From NCBI RefSeq assembly GCF_035285525.1, contig NZ_JAYKGW010000080.1:1-9167 (forward strand): DNA of 9,167 nucleotides. The letters are read 5' to 3'. The DNA comes from Okeania sp. (GTDB taxonomy: Bacteria; Cyanobacteriota; Cyanobacteriia; Cyanobacteriales; Microcoleaceae). The notes beneath the pieces were generated by a model. That model had not been told where the DNA came from. It saw nothing but the letters and a program-made list of their open reading frames with translations, and ran no database searches. This document shows positions 1 through 7,053 of this stretch, one piece after another. The position numbers were made by a program, and so were the translations under genes. The stretch's first letter is position 1. Each line of letters begins with the position of its first letter.

Positions 1-60
1 TATTTTTTCTCAAATTCCCATTTCTTCATATAATCAAAGATGCTGATAACTGATAACTGA
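1..60. repeat. 60-bp direct repeat, copy A (partner at 161-220); touches the window edge so may be longer
   Basis: Direct reading: 1-60 equals 161-220 except position 5 (T) versus 165 (C), i.e. 59/60. The last 20 nt (41-60, tgctgataactgataactga) are CTGATAA heptamers, the reverse complement of the TTATCAG arrays seen elsewhere in the window. Confidence 0.9.
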
Positions 61-159
61 TAGAGGAGATTTCAAACATATTTTTAGACTTCCATCTGCT
101 TCAGTTTCCATACTTTGTTGTTTAGAGCTTGGTTTAACTTTTACTTGAAAAATAGTCAT
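34..159 (-). pseudogene. N-terminal fragment (about 32 codons) of a DUF167/YggU (UPF0235)-family gene whose frame runs into the heptamer repeat and stops
   Basis: Hand translation of the minus strand from ATG at 159-157: MTIFQVKVKPSSKQQSMETEADGSLKICLKSP then LSVISYQHL, stop TGA at 36-34. The first 32 residues fit the DUF167 N-terminal pattern as I remember it (VKVKP.aKq....dGsL.i.lkaPP). The expected continuation PVDGKAN is missing; it is replaced by translation of the heptamer repeat starting at position 60. The family assignment is from memory of the family pattern, not from a search. Confidence 0.4.
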
Positions 160-160
160 C

Positions 161-220
161 TATTCTTTCTCAAATTCCCATTTCTTCATATAATCAAAGA
201 TGCTGATAACTGATAACTGA
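161..220. repeat. 60-bp direct repeat, copy B
   Basis: 59/60 identical to 1-60. It lies immediately upstream (minus-strand sense) of the ATG at 159 of the DUF167-like fragment. Confidence 0.9.
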
Positions 221-267
221 AATAACTTCTATAGCAATCCTAAATAAGTTGTAAGATTTATAAATGC

Positions 268-317
268 GGGGTTTGGTCTCAAAATCCCTTATAGCTTGGG
301 TTTAGAGGCCAAACCCC
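268..317 (-). repeat. Hairpin-forming dispersed repeat 43 nt downstream of the pyrF stop; possible pyrF terminator or 3' stabiliser
   Basis: Arms ggggtttggtctc (268-280) and gaggccaaacccc (305-317) are complementary at 12 of 13 positions, with a 24-nt loop. The right arm plus tail (ccaaacccctacag) recurs at 7352-7365. The minus-strand tail after the hairpin (gcatttataaatc) is only moderately T-rich, so terminator function is uncertain. Confidence 0.5.
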
Positions 318-359
318 TACAGGTTTTTCCCACATCTTATTCCTGATTACTATATATTT

Positions 360-1073
360 CTAACCTTCTTCAATTTCCTGACAAATACGTTCTAAAGTTT
401 CCTTTGGGTTCACAGCAGCAGTAATAGGTCGGCCAATTACCAAATAATCAGCACCTGCTTTAATGGCCTGACCTGGAGTAAGCGATCGCTTTTGGTCTCC
501 TTTTTCTGCCCAACTTGGTCTTACTCCGGGACAAACTAAGGTAAAATCATCTCCACAAACTTGTCGCAACTGTTCTACCTCTTGAGGAGAACAAACTGCC
601 CCACTTAAACCAGATTCTTTAGCTAACAATGCCATTTGCAAAACATATTCTGGTAATTCTAAAGGAATTTTTAGGTCAAAAGCTATATCACGAGATGTTA
701 AACTTGTCAAGACAGTAATAGCTATTAATTTGGGTGGGTTTTGCCCTGTAGCTTTTGCACCTGCTACAACAGCTTCTTGTGCTTTAGTTAAAGCATTTCT
801 ACCGGCAGTAGCATGGATAGTTAATAAATCGACCCCATAACTAGCAGCAGATTGACAAGCTCCCACAACAGTATTAGGAATATCATGGAACTTTAAATCC
901 AGAAAAATCCGTTTTTGACGTTCTTTCAGGATTGAGAGAATTTGAGGACCACAACTAACAAATAATTCTAGACCAACTTTCCACCAGATTATTTCGGGTA
1001 GTTCTTCTAGGAGAGCGATCGCTGCTGCCTCAGTTGGAACATCTAAGGGAACAATAATTTTATCAATAGTCAT
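360..1073 (-). CDS. pyrF: Orotidine 5'-phosphate decarboxylase
   Basis: 237-aa ORF with the OMP decarboxylase signatures [29 protein letters not shown] and DQKRSLTP...[12 protein letters not shown]. Contains two HIP1 sites. Confidence 0.95.
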   Translation of the reverse strand: MTIDKIIVPLDVPTEAAAIALLEELPEIIWWKVGLELFVSCGPQILSILKERQKRIFLDLKFHDIPNTVVGACQSAASYGVDLLTIHATAGRNALTKAQEAVVAGAKATGQNPPKLIAITVLTSLTSRDIAFDLKIPLELPEYVLQMALLAKESGLSGAVCSPQEVEQLRQVCGDDFTLVCPGVRPSWAEKGDQKRSLTPGQAIKAGADYLVIGRPITAAVNPKETLERICQEIEEG

Positions 1074-1090
1074 TATTTTTGCTACACTAT

Positions 1091-1509
1091 AAAAACTATA
1101 ACGTTATAGTTTTGACTAATATTCTAGAGACTAGAGATTTTCTTTGATTTTTCGTCAGAAATTTTCTCTACTCATTTTTTTCTGAGTGGAAGTCTGAGTA
1201 TTCAGTCTGAAAAATTTCTAGTTATCTATTTCTCAAGATTTAGACTAAAAACTATAACGTTATAGTTTTGACTAATATTCTGGAGACTAGAGATTTTCTT
1301 TGATTTTTAGTCAGAAGTTTTCTCTCTTTATATTTTTCTGAGTGGAAGTCTGAATATTCAGTCTGAAAAATTTCTAGTTATCTATTTCTCAAGATTTAGA
1401 CAAAAAACTATAACGTTATAGTTTTGACTAATATTCTGGAGACTAGAGATTTTCTTTGATTTTTAGTCAGAAGTTTTCTCTATTTAATTTTTCTGAGTGG
1501 AAGTCTGAG
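1091..1509. repeat. Tandem repeat, 156-bp unit, 2.7 copies (units start at 1091, 1247, 1403)
   Basis: Aligned by eye, with a period of exactly 156. Each unit carries the perfect 22-bp palindrome AAAACTATAACGTTATAGTTTT (1092-1113, 1248-1269, 1404-1425). The first two units carry a CTGA(A/G)TATTCAG palindrome (1194-1205, 1350-1361). Differences cluster in an 11-12-nt T-rich patch (1170-1181, 1326-1337, 1482-1492). The array fills almost the whole spacer between the pyrF start (1073) and the tyrS stop (1522). Confidence 0.95.
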
Positions 1510-1521
1510 CAAAAGTTTGAG

Positions 1522-2736
1522 TTAATTTTTAACCAAACGAACAAAGTTCTTTTTACCTACCCGTAAAACCTTACCATCAAGTTCCGTGGGAGAATCAAAA
1601 GTTAAATTCTGGTCAGAAATACGCTCATCATCTAAACGAACAGCTCCTCCAGCAATTTTTTTTCTAGCTTCAGAACTACTCTTACACAAACCACTAGCAC
1701 TAACAATATAAAATAACTTGGCGGGAAACTCCACAGAAGCTAAAGAAAATTCTGGCACCGCCCCAGTTTGACTCATATCTCCCTCAATCACCATTTTCAC
1801 AGCCGTTTCTTGAGCGACCAAAGCAGCTTCCTGACCGTGATACTGAGACACAATATCCAAAGCCAAAAGTTTTTGTCTTTCACGAGGATTATCAGAGATA
1901 CCATCAAGAGGTAAATTTGTCAATAGTTCAAAATACTGTTCTATCTGGTTATCCGGAATTTTTTCCAACTTAGAATACATACTCAAGGGGTCTTCCGACA
2001 AACCGACATAATTTCCGAGAGACTTAGACATTTTCTGTACCCCATCAGTACCCAACAAAATTGGCATTAACAGACCAAACTGAGTCTTCTGACCAAAATG
2101 ACGTTGTAAATCTCGCCCTACCGCAATATTAAACTTTTGGTCAGTCCCCCCCAACTCCACATCAGCATCCACAGCTACAGAATCATAACCTTGCATTAGG
2201 GGATACAAAAACTCATGGATATAGATCGGATTTTCCTGTTGATAACGAAGAGCAAAACCTTCCTTAGCCAACATTTGCCCCACAGTCATAGTTGCCAGAA
2301 GTTCCAGAGTCTTTGCCAAATCTAATTTAGACAGCCATTCTGAGTTGTAGCGAATTTCTAACCGTCCTGGAGTATCAAAATCCAATATTGGTCGGACTTG
2401 CTCCAAATAAGTTTTAGCATTTTCCTTTACCTGCTCTGGAGTTAACTGCCGTCGAACTTCAGATTTCCCAGTCGGGTCTCCAATTCTTGCGGTAAAATCT
2501 CCTATGATTAATACTGCTGTATGTCCAGCATCTTGAAATGCCCGGAGTTTTCTTACGGGAATACTATGGCCTAAATGTATATCAGATCCCGTAGGGTCAA
2601 TTCCCAATTTAACTCTCAAAGGACTATCTGATTTAGTTAACCTTTGGATTAAATTTTCATCTACGTCTTGAGAATTTGGTTGATCAGGGAATATTTCGCT
2701 GATTCCACGATGCAGCCATGTAAATTTATCAGTCAT
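1522..2736 (-). CDS. tyrS: Tyrosine--tRNA ligase (tyrosyl-tRNA synthetase) with C-terminal S4-like RNA-binding domain
   Basis: 404-aa ORF. Class I signatures HLGH (HIGH motif) and KMSKS are present, the N-terminal region is TyrRS-like (GIDPTG.DIHLGH), and the C-terminal tail is S4-like ([21 protein letters not shown]). Confidence 0.97.
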   Translation of the reverse strand: MTDKFTWLHRGISEIFPDQPNSQDVDENLIQRLTKSDSPLRVKLGIDPTGSDIHLGHSIPVRKLRAFQDAGHTAVLIIGDFTARIGDPTGKSEVRRQLTPEQVKENAKTYLEQVRPILDFDTPGRLEIRYNSEWLSKLDLAKTLELLATMTVGQMLAKEGFALRYQQENPIYIHEFLYPLMQGYDSVAVDADVELGGTDQKFNIAVGRDLQRHFGQKTQFGLLMPILLGTDGVQKMSKSLGNYVGLSEDPLSMYSKLEKIPDNQIEQYFELLTNLPLDGISDNPRERQKLLALDIVSQYHGQEAALVAQETAVKMVIEGDMSQTGAVPEFSLASVEFPAKLFYIVSASGLCKSSSEARKKIAGGAVRLDDERISDQNLTFDSPTELDGKVLRVGKKNFVRLVKN

Positions 2737-3060
2737 TATTTAATCTTAATTTTATTTATAAAAGCTTGATTTTAAGAGTTATTCATAGCAATTTTAGATT
2801 GGTTGTGATAATTTTTAATAATAGTTATTTTTCACCAAAAAATCTTTAAAATTTTCTAAGTTGCCAATCTAAAAGCTCTCCTACCTGAATGTACACTCCC
2901 AATTCAACGGCTACCCTACCTAACTCCTTACTAAAACCAAAATATAGGATTGCCATAACCGAAATGACTTAGTTCTGCAGTCAGTCTAAGTACTAAAATC
3001 ATAGCAACCGCCTTGGCGGTTAGGAAATGGATGGATGATGAATCAAAGACCACGGGAACA

Positions 3061-3118
3061 CTTTTCCAACTTTTCCAACTGTTCCAACTGTTCCCTGTTC
3101 CCTGTTCCCTGTTCCCTG
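3061..3118. repeat. Short tandem repeat array: 3 x 9-mer (CTTTTCCAA, CTTTTCCAA, CTGTTCCAA) merging into 4 x heptamer CTGTTCC
   Basis: Direct reading: 9-mers at 3061, 3070, 3079 and heptamers at 3088, 3095, 3102, 3109. The preceding gggaaca (3054-3060) is the reverse complement of tgttccc within the array. The class matches the STRR heptamer repeats of heterocystous cyanobacteria. Confidence 0.9.
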
Positions 3119-3119
3119 C

Positions 3120-3125
3120 TATAAA
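3120..3125 (+). promoter_or_regulatory. Candidate -10 box (TATAAA) for the PBP gene
   Basis: TATAAA lies 35 nt upstream of the GTG start and directly abuts the heptamer array. No convincing -35 is present (the array occupies that position). A Shine-Dalgarno-like AAGGAAG sits at 3143-3149, 10 nt before the GTG at 3160. Confidence 0.3.
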
Positions 3126-3159
3126 AATCAGGAAATCTAGTTAAGGAAGTTTAATTAAA

Positions 3160-5103
3160 GTGTCAACTAACGTTCTCTCCAATAAACAACAAACAAAAAA
3201 AACTAACTCTGAACCTTCACCAGTATTCGAGTTCGTTCAATCTGTCAGTAAAGTTACAGCAGGTACAGTATTAGGCATTACTATGCTGACTAGCTCATTA
3301 GTTGCTGGTGGATTGGTAGGTTTAGCTATCAGTTTCCGTAATCTCCCAGACGTAAGGGTTCTCAAAAATTATACACCTTCAGAAACAACTCATATCTATG
3401 ACATTAAAGGTAGACCACTCGCAAGTCTCCATGATGAGGCCAACCGAGAAGTAATACCTCTCGACCAAATTTCTCCACACTTAAAGCGGGCAGTCTTGGC
3501 CATTGAGGATAGTAATTTCTACAATCACTACGGTATTTATCCCATTGGTATTCTGCGGGCCTTGGTGGCCAACTTGGAGCAGGGTAAAACTGTTGAAGGT
3601 GGTTCTACCATAACTATGCAATTAGTCAAAAATTTGTTCTTATCTCCCACAGCTAAACTTAGTCGGAAAATAGCTGAAGCAGTTTTGGCGATTAGAATGG
3701 AACAAATTCTGGAAAAAAATGAGGTTTTAGAATTATACCTTAATCAAATTTACTGGGGTCATAATCTCTATGGAGTTGAAACTGCAGCTAAAAGCTATTT
3801 TAATAAGTCTTCCAAGGATTTAACTCTAGCGGAAGCTGCTTTAATGGCAGGTATGATTCCTGCGCCAGAAGGATATAGTCCTTTTATTAATTATCAAAAA
3901 TCTAAGCAAAGACAAATAACAGTTCTAGCTAGAATGCGAGAACTAAATTGGATTACTGCTGAAGAGGAAGCAGAAGCTCTTAAACAACCTTTGTTAGTGG
4001 GTAAAGTTACTTCGTTTAGCAAGAGTAAACTTCCCTATATTACCAATGCAGTTATTCAAGAATTAAGTGAGAGGTTTGGTAAAGATGCTGTTTTGAAGGG
4101 AGGAATGCGGATACAAACTACCATTGACATGAACTTCCAACAGATGGCCGAAAAAACTGTGACCGAATGGCATCAGATATTATATTATCGTGGACTTTAT
4201 CGGAGTTGGGATAAAGGTCAATTGGCATTGGTAGCGGTCGATCCACGGACTCACTTTGTCAAAGCGATGGTTGGTGGGGCAGATTTTAAGACCAGTCAAT
4301 ATAATCGTGCTGTTCAAGCTCGTAGACAACCAGGTTCTTCGTTTAAGCCTTTTGTTTACTATACTGCTTTTGCTTCGGGTAGATATTCACCATATTCGAT
4401 AGTGATGGATTCTCCTGTTAGTTATCGGGATGGTGGTGGTTATTATTCTCCTCGAAATTATGGTGGTGGATATTCTGGAGCAGTTAGTATTCGTCAAGCT
4501 TTACAATCTTCTTTGAATATACCTGCTGTAACGATTGGTCAGAGTGTTGGACTAAATAAGGTAATTGAGGTTTGTCGCATTTTGGGTATCAAGAGTCCGA
4601 TGGAACCTGTAATTTCTTTACCGTTGGGTTCTGTTGATTTAACGCCTCTGGAAATAGCTGGCGCTTATGCTACTTTTGCTAATAGTGGTTGGCATTCTGA
4701 TACAACTTTTATTGTCCAGGTAACGGATACTAGCGGAAATGTATTGTTGGACAATACTCCTAAACCAAAATTAGTTTTGAATCAATGGGCTGTGGCATCA
4801 CTTAATAGTGTATTAGTGGGTGTAATTGAAAGTGGTACGGCTACTAGGGCAAGAATCAGTCGTCAAGCTGCTGGAAAAACTGGTACTACTTCTTCGGAAA
4901 GAGATGTTTGGTTTGTTGGTTATACTCCTCAGTTAGCAACCGCAGTTTGGGTAGGTAATGATGATTATCGACCACTTAATTATGGGGCTACTGGGGGAAC
5001 TACTGTTGCACCTATCTGGCGTGATTTTATGAATCAAGCTATGAGTGGTATGCGTCAAGAATATTTTCCTCCAGCATATAAGTTTGAAAAAGACAGACCG
5101 TAG
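3160..5103 (+). CDS. Class A (bifunctional glycosyltransferase/transpeptidase) penicillin-binding protein, PBP1A family
   Basis: 647-aa ORF with a GTG start and an N-terminal membrane anchor (VTAGTVLGITMLTSSLVAGGLVGLAISF). GT51 motifs: EDSNFYNHYG, GGSTITMQL, RKIAEA. Transpeptidase motifs: SSFKP (SxxK), SLN (SxN), KTGT. The first in-frame ATG falls inside the membrane helix, so the GTG start with its upstream AAGGAAG is preferred. Confidence 0.93.
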   Translation: MSTNVLSNKQQTKKTNSEPSPVFEFVQSVSKVTAGTVLGITMLTSSLVAGGLVGLAISFRNLPDVRVLKNYTPSETTHIYDIKGRPLASLHDEANREVIPLDQISPHLKRAVLAIEDSNFYNHYGIYPIGILRALVANLEQGKTVEGGSTITMQLVKNLFLSPTAKLSRKIAEAVLAIRMEQILEKNEVLELYLNQIYWGHNLYGVETAAKSYFNKSSKDLTLAEAALMAGMIPAPEGYSPFINYQKSKQRQITVLARMRELNWITAEEEAEALKQPLLVGKVTSFSKSKLPYITNAVIQELSERFGKDAVLKGGMRIQTTIDMNFQQMAEKTVTEWHQILYYRGLYRSWDKGQLALVAVDPRTHFVKAMVGGADFKTSQYNRAVQARRQPGSSFKPFVYYTAFASGRYSPYSIVMDSPVSYRDGGGYYSPRNYGGGYSGAVSIRQALQSSLNIPAVTIGQSVGLNKVIEVCRILGIKSPMEPVISLPLGSVDLTPLEIAGAYATFANSGWHSDTTFIVQVTDTSGNVLLDNTPKPKLVLNQWAVASLNSVLVGVIESGTATRARISRQAAGKTGTTSSERDVWFVGYTPQLATAVWVGNDDYRPLNYGATGGTTVAPIWRDFMNQAMSGMRQEYFPPAYKFEKDRP

Positions 5104-5346
5104 TAATTTTCTAAGGAAAGCATTCAGCAGTCAGCTATTTATTTTACTTTGAGATAAAAGCTATATAATTAAGCAATTTTATCTGATCAAAAATTCAGCT
5201 TTCACTTTCTTTATTCGTTTAAATATCCTCCTTAAGGTTAAGGTTTTTATTGCTAAATTATGCAGTTATGACCAAGGAGGTTAGCTGACAGATAATAGCT
5301 GAATGGTTCTTTTTGAACAAACTAAAAATAAAAAATATGGCTAGAA

Positions 5347-5394
5347 GAAAACTGCTTCTTTCTCAATATTTAACTCAGAAAGTAAGCAGCTTTC
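5347..5394. terminator. Bidirectional rho-independent terminator candidate between the convergent PBP and small-protein genes
   Basis: Hairpin pairing 5347-5350 with 5391-5394, 5352-5357 with 5384-5389 and 5358-5363 with 5377-5382. There is one mismatch (5351/5390) and one bulge (5383), with a 13-nt loop. It is followed on + by tttcttttcaaatttttt and on - by tattttttattttt (complement of 5321-5336). It lies 74 nt downstream of the minus-strand gene ending at 5468. Confidence 0.6.
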
Positions 5395-5467
5395 TTTTCA
5401 AATTTTTTATATGGTTTGCCGAGCATATTTAGCTGTGATTAATAAGCAGTTATTTATTGTGACTAAA

Positions 5468-5791
5468 TTAGGACGACTTTTCTAATTCTGATTTCATTCT
5501 TTCTAAGGTTATGTGCATTTGATCGAACATTTGTTGGGGAGTAATACCGAATTGATTTAACTGAGTTTTGAGTTGTTCCATAGTCATTTGAGCCATGAAG
5601 TCTTCAGATAATTCAAATCTTTTCATAAAAATACGATATCTATCCATCATAGATTCCATTTGTTCTATATACATCTTTTTACCTTCTCGGTCAAATTTGC
5701 CATAACCACTTCCGAGGTTAATTAATGATTGATAATCCTCAAATAATTTTTTGGCTTCTTGTTGAACTACTTCTGAATCAAAGAATCCCAT
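5468..5791 (-). CDS. Small conserved cyanobacterial protein of unknown function (resembles the DUF1825 family from memory)
   Basis: 107-aa ORF with a non-random, helical, charged composition (MGFFDSEVVQQEAKKLFEDYQSL...GKFDREGKKMYIEQMESMMDRYRIFMKRFELSEDFMAQMT). It has its own candidate -10 box and a downstream terminator. The family name is recalled, not searched. Confidence 0.8.
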   Translation of the reverse strand: MGFFDSEVVQQEAKKLFEDYQSLINLGSGYGKFDREGKKMYIEQMESMMDRYRIFMKRFELSEDFMAQMTMEQLKTQLNQFGITPQQMFDQMHITLERMKSELEKSS

Positions 5792-5816
5792 AGCTTTCCT
5801 TTTTTTTAAATCTAAG

Positions 5817-5822
5817 ATTATA
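5817..5822 (-). promoter_or_regulatory. Candidate -10 box (TATAAT on the minus strand) for the 107-aa gene
   Basis: Plus-strand ATTATA at 5817-5822 reads TATAAT on the minus strand, 25 nt upstream of the ATG at 5791. A purine-rich aggaaag precedes the ATG. There is no good -35 (CTGACA is spaced only 12 nt away). Confidence 0.35.
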
Positions 5823-6015
5823 TTAACTAAATTTTGTCAGACAGGCTAGAATTTTTTACAGGCTGGAAACCTACTTTTTGACAGTTATTACTTCTATCTT
5901 AATATCTGTTAATTAGTCTGTACTACTATTTATTGAATTATAACATTAATTGAGTGGTAGATATTGAACAACAATAGTGTGGAAATACCTATATGTTAGT
6001 TCGTCAAACCATATA

Positions 6016-6040
6016 TCAGTTATCAGTTATCAGTTATCAG
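6016..6040. repeat. STRR-type heptamer array (TCAGTTA / TTATCAG) about 3.5 copies
   Basis: Direct reading: tcagttatcagttatcagttatcag. The same heptamer occurs at 41-60 and 201-220 (inverted), 7021-7043 and 7402-7415. Confidence 0.9.
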
Positions 6041-6307
6041 CACTCAGCTTTTAAATATCTGCTAATTTCTTAGTGTTAACTCTATATTTTTGACTAATGG
6101 ATAATTTAAGCATTCAGGAGTCAGCTATTAGCTATCAGCTATTAACTCTTGAAGCAAATCTATAATTTCTGGCCAGAATATATACATTAAGTTTAACAAT
6201 GTCAGATATATGGTTAAAAAGTAGAAGTTAAAAGAGTGCTTCCCATTCATTTTTATTGCGCTTGAACTGACTGCTGACTACTAATAGCTGAATGCTTACT
6301 GGATAAT

Positions 6308-6519
6308 TAATTAGGGCTTGCTGATTTATCGGGAACCGTAAAAGTCTGTTGGTAGGGGTAGAAGTCAGAATCTAGAATCCAGTAGTCAGGAGAATTATAG
6401 AAGAGTAGGGATGTTGTATGCAACGTCCGTACAAAAGAATAGTCCCTTGATTTTTACCCTATCTTGCTCAAAGAGTTGAACTTTTGATTGTTCAGGAATC
6501 CTACTATTAGCCCTAATTA
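6308..6519. mobile_element. MITE-like non-autonomous element candidate (about 212 bp) with 11-bp perfect terminal inverted repeats and no ORF
   Basis: TAATTAGGGCT (6308-6318) and AGCCCTAATTA (6509-6519) are exact reverse complements. The interior holds a 12-position hairpin at 6405-6432 (gtagggatgttg tatg caacgtccgtac, one mismatch, one G-T). It also holds modules shared with the flank downstream of the COG0523 gene. No target-site duplication could be recognised in the AT-rich flanks. Confidence 0.3.
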
Positions 6520-6542
6520 TTAATTATTAATTATTAATTATT
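6515..6542. repeat. 4 perfect copies of heptamer AATTATT overlapping the dtd stop codon
   Basis: Heptamers at 6515, 6522, 6529, 6536. The dtd TAA (6538-6540, minus strand) sits at positions 3-5 of the fourth heptamer. The block is 26/28 identical to 7441-7468. Confidence 0.9.
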
Positions 6543-6999
6543 GAAAGGTTGCTTCTCTTTCTAATAATAAAGTTACCGGACCATCATTCTCTATTTCGAC
6601 TTGCATCATTGCTCCAAAAATACCAGTTTCTACCTTTAAACCACTGGGTTTTAATTTATCTACAAATAGTTGATAAAGTTGTTTAGCAATTTCAGGAGAT
6701 GCAGAATTATCAAAAGATGGACGACGACCTTTACGACAGTCTCCATAGAGAGTAAATTGACTAACTATTAATAATTCACCATCTATATCTTTGACAGATT
6801 TTTCCCAACGGTTATTGTTACTATTTGGGTCAGGAAATAAACGTATGTTTAGACATTTGCGTACCATCCAATCTATTTCTGTTTCTGTATCAGTTTTGGC
6901 AATACCGACAAGTAAATTTAATCCTTTATCAATTTTACCAACAATTTCTCCATTTACTTTTACTTGGGAAAAATTTACTCTTTGGATAATAACTCGCAT
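6538..6999 (-). CDS. dtd: D-aminoacyl-tRNA deacylase
   Basis: 153-aa ORF with the Dtd hallmarks MRVIIQRV at the N-terminus, [15 protein letters not shown] and NDGPVT near the C-terminus. Confidence 0.93.
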   Translation of the reverse strand: MRVIIQRVNFSQVKVNGEIVGKIDKGLNLLVGIAKTDTETEIDWMVRKCLNIRLFPDPNSNNNRWEKSVKDIDGELLIVSQFTLYGDCRKGRRPSFDNSASPEIAKQLYQLFVDKLKPSGLKVETGIFGAMMQVEIENDGPVTLLLEREATFQ

Positions 7000-7002
7000 C
7001 TT

Positions 7003-7053
7003 TCAGTCATCAGCTCTTTCAGTTATTAGTTATCAGTTATCAGCTTTTTCAGT
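7003..7053. repeat. Degenerate STRR heptamer tract forming the dtd 5' leader region
   Basis: tcagtcatcagctctttcagttattagttatcagttatcagctttttcagt starts 4 nt upstream of the dtd ATG (6999). Confidence 0.85.

Noticed and set aside
1091-1509. Possible CRISPR array or PyrR-type attenuator in the 156-bp repeats
   Set aside because: Not CRISPR: the whole 156-bp unit repeats, the only variable patch is 11-12 nt of T-rich sequence, and there are no cas genes. Not a PyrR site: only UCCAGA (minus strand of units 2 and 3) matches the PyrR loop consensus as I recall it (ARUCCAGAGAGGYU), and unit 1, nearest pyrF, lacks even that.
2792-2874. 11-bp perfect inverted repeat ttttagattgg / ccaatctaaaa in the tyrS upstream region
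   Set aside because: The arms are AT-rich with a 61-nt loop, there is no supporting secondary pairing and no second copy in the window. This could easily be chance.
3006-3021. Palindrome aaccgcc tt ggcggtt
   Set aside because: It is a real 7-bp dyad, but isolated, with no T tract on either side. It is most likely another small dispersed hairpin repeat, and nothing further can be supported.
2737-3159. T-box leader or other riboswitch upstream of tyrS
   Set aside because: No T-box consensus, specifier-loop architecture or terminator/antiterminator pair is visible on the minus strand. T-box control of tyrS is a Firmicutes trait and is not expected in cyanobacteria.
5153-5183. gataaaa ... ttttatc 7-bp inverted repeat just after the PBP stop as the PBP terminator
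   Set aside because: The stem is AT-only with a 17-nt loop, which is thermodynamically weak. The hairpin at 5347-5394 is the far better terminator candidate.
5337-5432. 31-codon ORF MARRKLLLSQYLTQKVSSFLFKFFIWFAEHI on the + strand
   Set aside because: It coincides with the long terminator hairpin (5347-5394) and its T tract and has no Shine-Dalgarno. The sequence is better explained as RNA structure between convergent genes.
5920-5933. NtcA-like site GTA-N8-TAT
   Set aside because: It is an imperfect half-site (TAT instead of TAC). The nearest -10-like hexamer (TATAAC, 5939-5944) is only 5 nt away instead of about 22, and there is no downstream + strand gene.
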